This document shows positions 62,113 to 64,000 of a stretch of 64,000 nt of DNA, in pieces. The DNA is taken from the NCBI RefSeq assembly GCF_001194135.2, contig NC_068983.1, positions 29,975,511-30,039,510 on the forward strand, given 5' to 3'. This DNA is from Octopus bimaculoides (taxonomy: Eukaryota). The stretch's first letter is position 1. Each line of letters starts with the position of its first letter. The notes beneath the pieces were generated by a model. That model searched no databases, was not told where the DNA came from, and saw only the letters and a program-made list of their open reading frames with translations. The position numbers and the translations under genes are program-made.

Positions 62113-64000
62113 AAATAAAAGACAAGTAGAATGAAAATTCCCTTACTTGATAAACAGAAAAGGGTTAGTGACTGGATGAACATCCAGCTACAAAAAACAA
62201 TGCTTCAATAATATGGATTTGTCTAACATTGAGTGGTGCCTTCAGCCACTCTGAAACAAGCATTTGGACCAGGCCTCCAGTTTGATGATACCTTCATTCT
62301 CATCTGTCTCAGAGGTCCTGCAAAAGTTCATGGATTCTACTTTCCCCTCTGGCTTTAAAGATTTAAAAAAATGTATGTGGCTGTATGCTAAGAAGTTTGC
62401 TTTCTAACCATGTGGTCTTGGGTTCAATCCAATGTGTGGCACCTTAGGCAAGTGTATTCCTCTATAGCTCTTGACTAACCAAAGCATTGTGACTGGATTT
62501 GGTAGATGGAAACTGAAAGAAGCCTGTTGTGTGTTTGTGTTTGTTCCTCGCCACTGCTTGGTAACCAGTGTCAGTTTGTTTACATCTGTAACTTAGCAAT
62601 TTAGAAAAAAAGAGACCAATAGGATTAATAGGCTTAAAAATAAGTGTTGAGGTTGATATGTCCAGCTAAAACCCTTGAAGGCAAAGCCCCTGCATAGTCA
62701 CAGTCTATTGTCTGAAACAAGTAAAAGCAATAAAAATGAAAAGAAACAAACAATAATTGTGGTCTCCTTTGTTGGTTTTAAGTACTTCTAACCAGATCAG
62801 AGAAGAGAGGGCTGATACATCAAGCAGGGTCAGCTATCCAGGGTAGATGTTACTATCATAGACAGAGCTACACTGGGATTGCATACCATATAGACGTAGC
62901 ATTTGACTTACATTACTGAATTTTGGGTTAATATAAAACTCTTTCTGTTGAAACTTGGTCTTCATTATAAAGAATATTTGGGATTTTCATGAGGGACATT
63001 TCACTGCTGTATTAGACAGACTGAGTTACTATGGAGTTGTTTCTGTCACTTGATTAGAGAAAATATTGTTGATGGTTGTTTTTGAAAATATATATCTGTT
63101 GTGTGTGTGTATATATATATATATGTGTGTATGTATGTTGTATGTACATATGTGTATATATGTATGTTGTATGTACATATGTGTATATATGCATGTATGT
63201 ATGGTGTATGTACATGTGTGTATATATGTTTGTATGTCTATGTACAAGGAGATGCTGAAAAGTTCTTGGCTTTAAGAGTACCACAAAAGTCCTGGTTGGA
63301 GACCCAAACTTCCGAGTTCTTTTACAGGGCTTAGAAAAGCTGAAGGACTGCTGCAATAAGTGTGTGAATCTGAGAGAGGAATAAGTTTAATAAAGTCATA
63401 ATCAACTGATCCTCCTGTATTTTCTTTTATCCAAAGCCAGGAACTTTTCAACACCAGCTCATATACATATATATATATATATAACTAGTTGATCTACTCT
63501 TAAGAGCCCTGTAGTTTCATTATGGGCTCCCTTTTCACAGTAAGGCTCAACAATGTTTAGTAAGCAAAGATGTAGCTCTGTTTACACACACACACATATA
63601 TAAAATAACATGTAGAAAACAGGTATAATGTTCAATGCTTTATGAAACATGCATATTTCATTAAAATGCTGTAATAATTACATAATAGTTGTAGAAACAT
63701 CATGCAATCTTGCATCTTATTTCATTAGTGATCAACAGTATTTTATAAATATATATTTGTGTTTGTGTCTGTAAAAATGTATTTTGTCTTGTGGTGCAAC
63801 TCAGTAGATGTAAAATCTAAGCTACTAGTCTTGTTGATCAATAATTCACCACTTTAAGCCCATAGCTAGTCTGCCAGTTTGATTTTTGCCTTCTCATTAA
63901 CCTTATCCATTGAAAATTCTTTGTAGGGTTTCAAAATGGTTTGCCTATCATTTGAGTAATTTCCAGTTCTGTTGGAGCTGGGATGACTGGGTCTCCTGTG
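40919..64000 (+). CDS. NCBP1: Nuclear cap-binding protein subunit 1 (CBP80), 5' part, 15 exons, about 438 codons, 3' truncated by the window end
   Basis: Exons splice in frame and give MSRRRR.., [72 protein letters not shown] and HLSNFQF.WSW.DW, all diagnostic of CBP80. Confidence 0.96.
43081..43620 (-). mobile_element. Retroelement 3' end with (TAA)n tail; clade not assigned
   Basis: (ATT)n on + at 43081-43098 followed by a sequence I recall as a common Octopus repeat. Confidence 0.4.
43634..43845 (+). mobile_element. SINE-like family C
   Basis: Same consensus, ends in (ATT)n. Confidence 0.7.
45450..45667 (+). mobile_element. Family A copy
   Basis: One 5' unit, body and GAT tail. Confidence 0.85.
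46036..46121 (+). CDS. NCBP1: NCBP1 exon 2
   Basis: [29 protein letters not shown]. Confidence 0.94.
47212..47312 (+). CDS. NCBP1: NCBP1 exon 3
   Basis: [33 protein letters not shown]. Confidence 0.95.
48263..48347 (+). CDS. NCBP1: NCBP1 exon 4
   Basis: [29 protein letters not shown]. Confidence 0.95.
49261..49481. mobile_element. piggyBac-type MITE
   Basis: TTAA-CCCTTTAG...CTAAAGGG-TTAA; related copies at 16043, 37976 and about 57945. Confidence 0.8.
50115..50186 (+). CDS. NCBP1: NCBP1 exon 5
   Basis: [24 protein letters not shown]. Confidence 0.93.
50753..50860 (+). CDS. NCBP1: NCBP1 exon 6
   Basis: [36 protein letters not shown]. Confidence 0.95.
50915..51105 (+). mobile_element. Family A copy
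   Basis: Body and GAT tail. Confidence 0.85.
51118..51380 (+). repeat. ~260-bp segment duplicated in inverted orientation at 59889-60153
   Basis: About 15 differences by manual alignment (about 94% identity). Confidence 0.9.
51734..51781 (+). CDS. NCBP1: NCBP1 exon 7
   Basis: [16 protein letters not shown]. Confidence 0.93.
51936..52009 (+). CDS. NCBP1: NCBP1 exon 8
   Basis: [24 protein letters not shown]. Confidence 0.94.
53119..53188 (+). CDS. NCBP1: NCBP1 exon 9
   Basis: [24 protein letters not shown]. Confidence 0.94.
54073..54290 (+). mobile_element. SINE-like family C
   Basis: GGTGAGCTGGTAGAATCGTTAGCATGCC..GAATTCAAATTCC..GACTTTGCCTTTCAT..; copies also at about 43634, 46797, 53900, 55590, 60360 and 61160-61383 (-). 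Confidence 0.7.
54506..54721 (+). CDS. NCBP1: NCBP1 exon 10
   Basis: [12 protein letters not shown]...[17 protein letters not shown]...[12 protein letters not shown]. Confidence 0.96.
56377..56595 (+). mobile_element. Family A copy
   Basis: One 5' unit, body and GAT tail. Confidence 0.85.
56812..57040 (-). mobile_element. Family A copy, older subfamily
   Basis: Diverged reverse-complement copy. Confidence 0.7.
57195..57292 (+). CDS. NCBP1: NCBP1 exon 11
   Basis: [32 protein letters not shown]. Confidence 0.95.
58574..58637 (+). CDS. NCBP1: NCBP1 exon 12
   Basis: [22 protein letters not shown]. Confidence 0.94.
58711..58988. mobile_element. 278-bp MITE-like element with perfect 71-bp terminal inverted repeats (TGT...ACA) enclosing a tRNA-like gene
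   Basis: 58711-58781 is the exact reverse complement of 58918-58988; flanks ttac / atac are a possible imperfect 4-bp TSD; CpG-rich. Confidence 0.8.
58817..58889 (+). tRNA. tRNA-Thr(CGT)-like sequence, probably a pseudo-tRNA
   Basis: Cloverleaf: GGCAGTT/GGCTG(G)CC acceptor, GTTT/AAAC D stem, CTTGA/TCA(C)AG anticodon stem with loop CG-CGT-AA, GTGAG-TTCGAGT-CTCAT T arm. A and B boxes intact; two single-base bulges and G33. Confidence 0.65.
59251..59361 (+). CDS. NCBP1: NCBP1 exon 13
   Basis: [37 protein letters not shown]; followed by a U12-type donor. Confidence 0.94.
60172..60340 (-). mobile_element. Family A copy, older subfamily
   Basis: (CAT)n plus body. Confidence 0.8.
60511..60812 (+). 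mobile_element. Family A copy with internal deletion
   Basis: 5' units, body lacking the AGGAAGGGCATCC block, GAT tail. Confidence 0.8.
61160..61383 (-). mobile_element. SINE-like family C
   Basis: Reverse complement of the family C consensus. Confidence 0.7.
61532..61596 (+). CDS. NCBP1: NCBP1 exon 14
   Basis: [21 protein letters not shown]. Confidence 0.94.
62057..62110. repeat. (AC)n microsatellite
   Basis: Directly visible. Confidence 0.95.
62375..62715 (+). mobile_element. Family B SINE
   Basis: Head, body and tail as in 40043-40402. Confidence 0.7.
63244..63451 (+). mobile_element. Mariner-derived MITE
   Basis: Imperfect ~30-bp TIRs (tacaaggagatgctgaaaagttcttggcttt / aaagccaggaacttttcaacaccagctcata), TA ends, relic transposase tail [16 protein letters not shown]. 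Confidence 0.75.
63927..64000 (+). CDS. NCBP1: NCBP1 exon 15 (5' part; end not resolved in window)
   Basis: Acceptor ttgtag; [22 protein letters not shown](VSC). Confidence 0.92.

Noticed and set aside
63029-63356. Several overlapping ORFs rich in Y/I/H/T or V/C/M
   Set aside because: Translations of TA/TG microsatellite sequence.

Overview
AT-rich, repeat-dense animal genomic DNA with five N-gaps. The repeat families look like those of Octopus; this is an inference and no database check was possible. I reconstructed two multi-exon + strand genes by hand from splice sites and translation. The first is a complete KDM1B/LSD2 histone demethylase (19 coding exons, 5102-30647, about 812 aa). The second is the 5' part of NCBP1/CBP80 (15 exons from 40919, running off the window end). 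Introns and the intergenic region hold tRNA-headed SINEs, an abundant RTE-tailed element, degenerate LINE, Gypsy and mariner remnants, and MITEs. Best leads: (1) a type I hammerhead ribozyme with Penelope-like features in a head-to-head inverted pair at 37 kb; (2) Met in place of the conserved flavin-proximal catalytic Lys of KDM1B; (3) a tRNA-Thr(CGT)-like gene enclosed by perfect 71-bp inverted repeats in an NCBP1 intron; (4) a roughly 260-bp inverted templated duplication between two NCBP1 introns; (5) a U12-type intron in NCBP1; (6) a structured 62-63-bp tandem array heading an RTE-tailed element. Exon coordinates were counted to the base; repeat boundaries are approximate.
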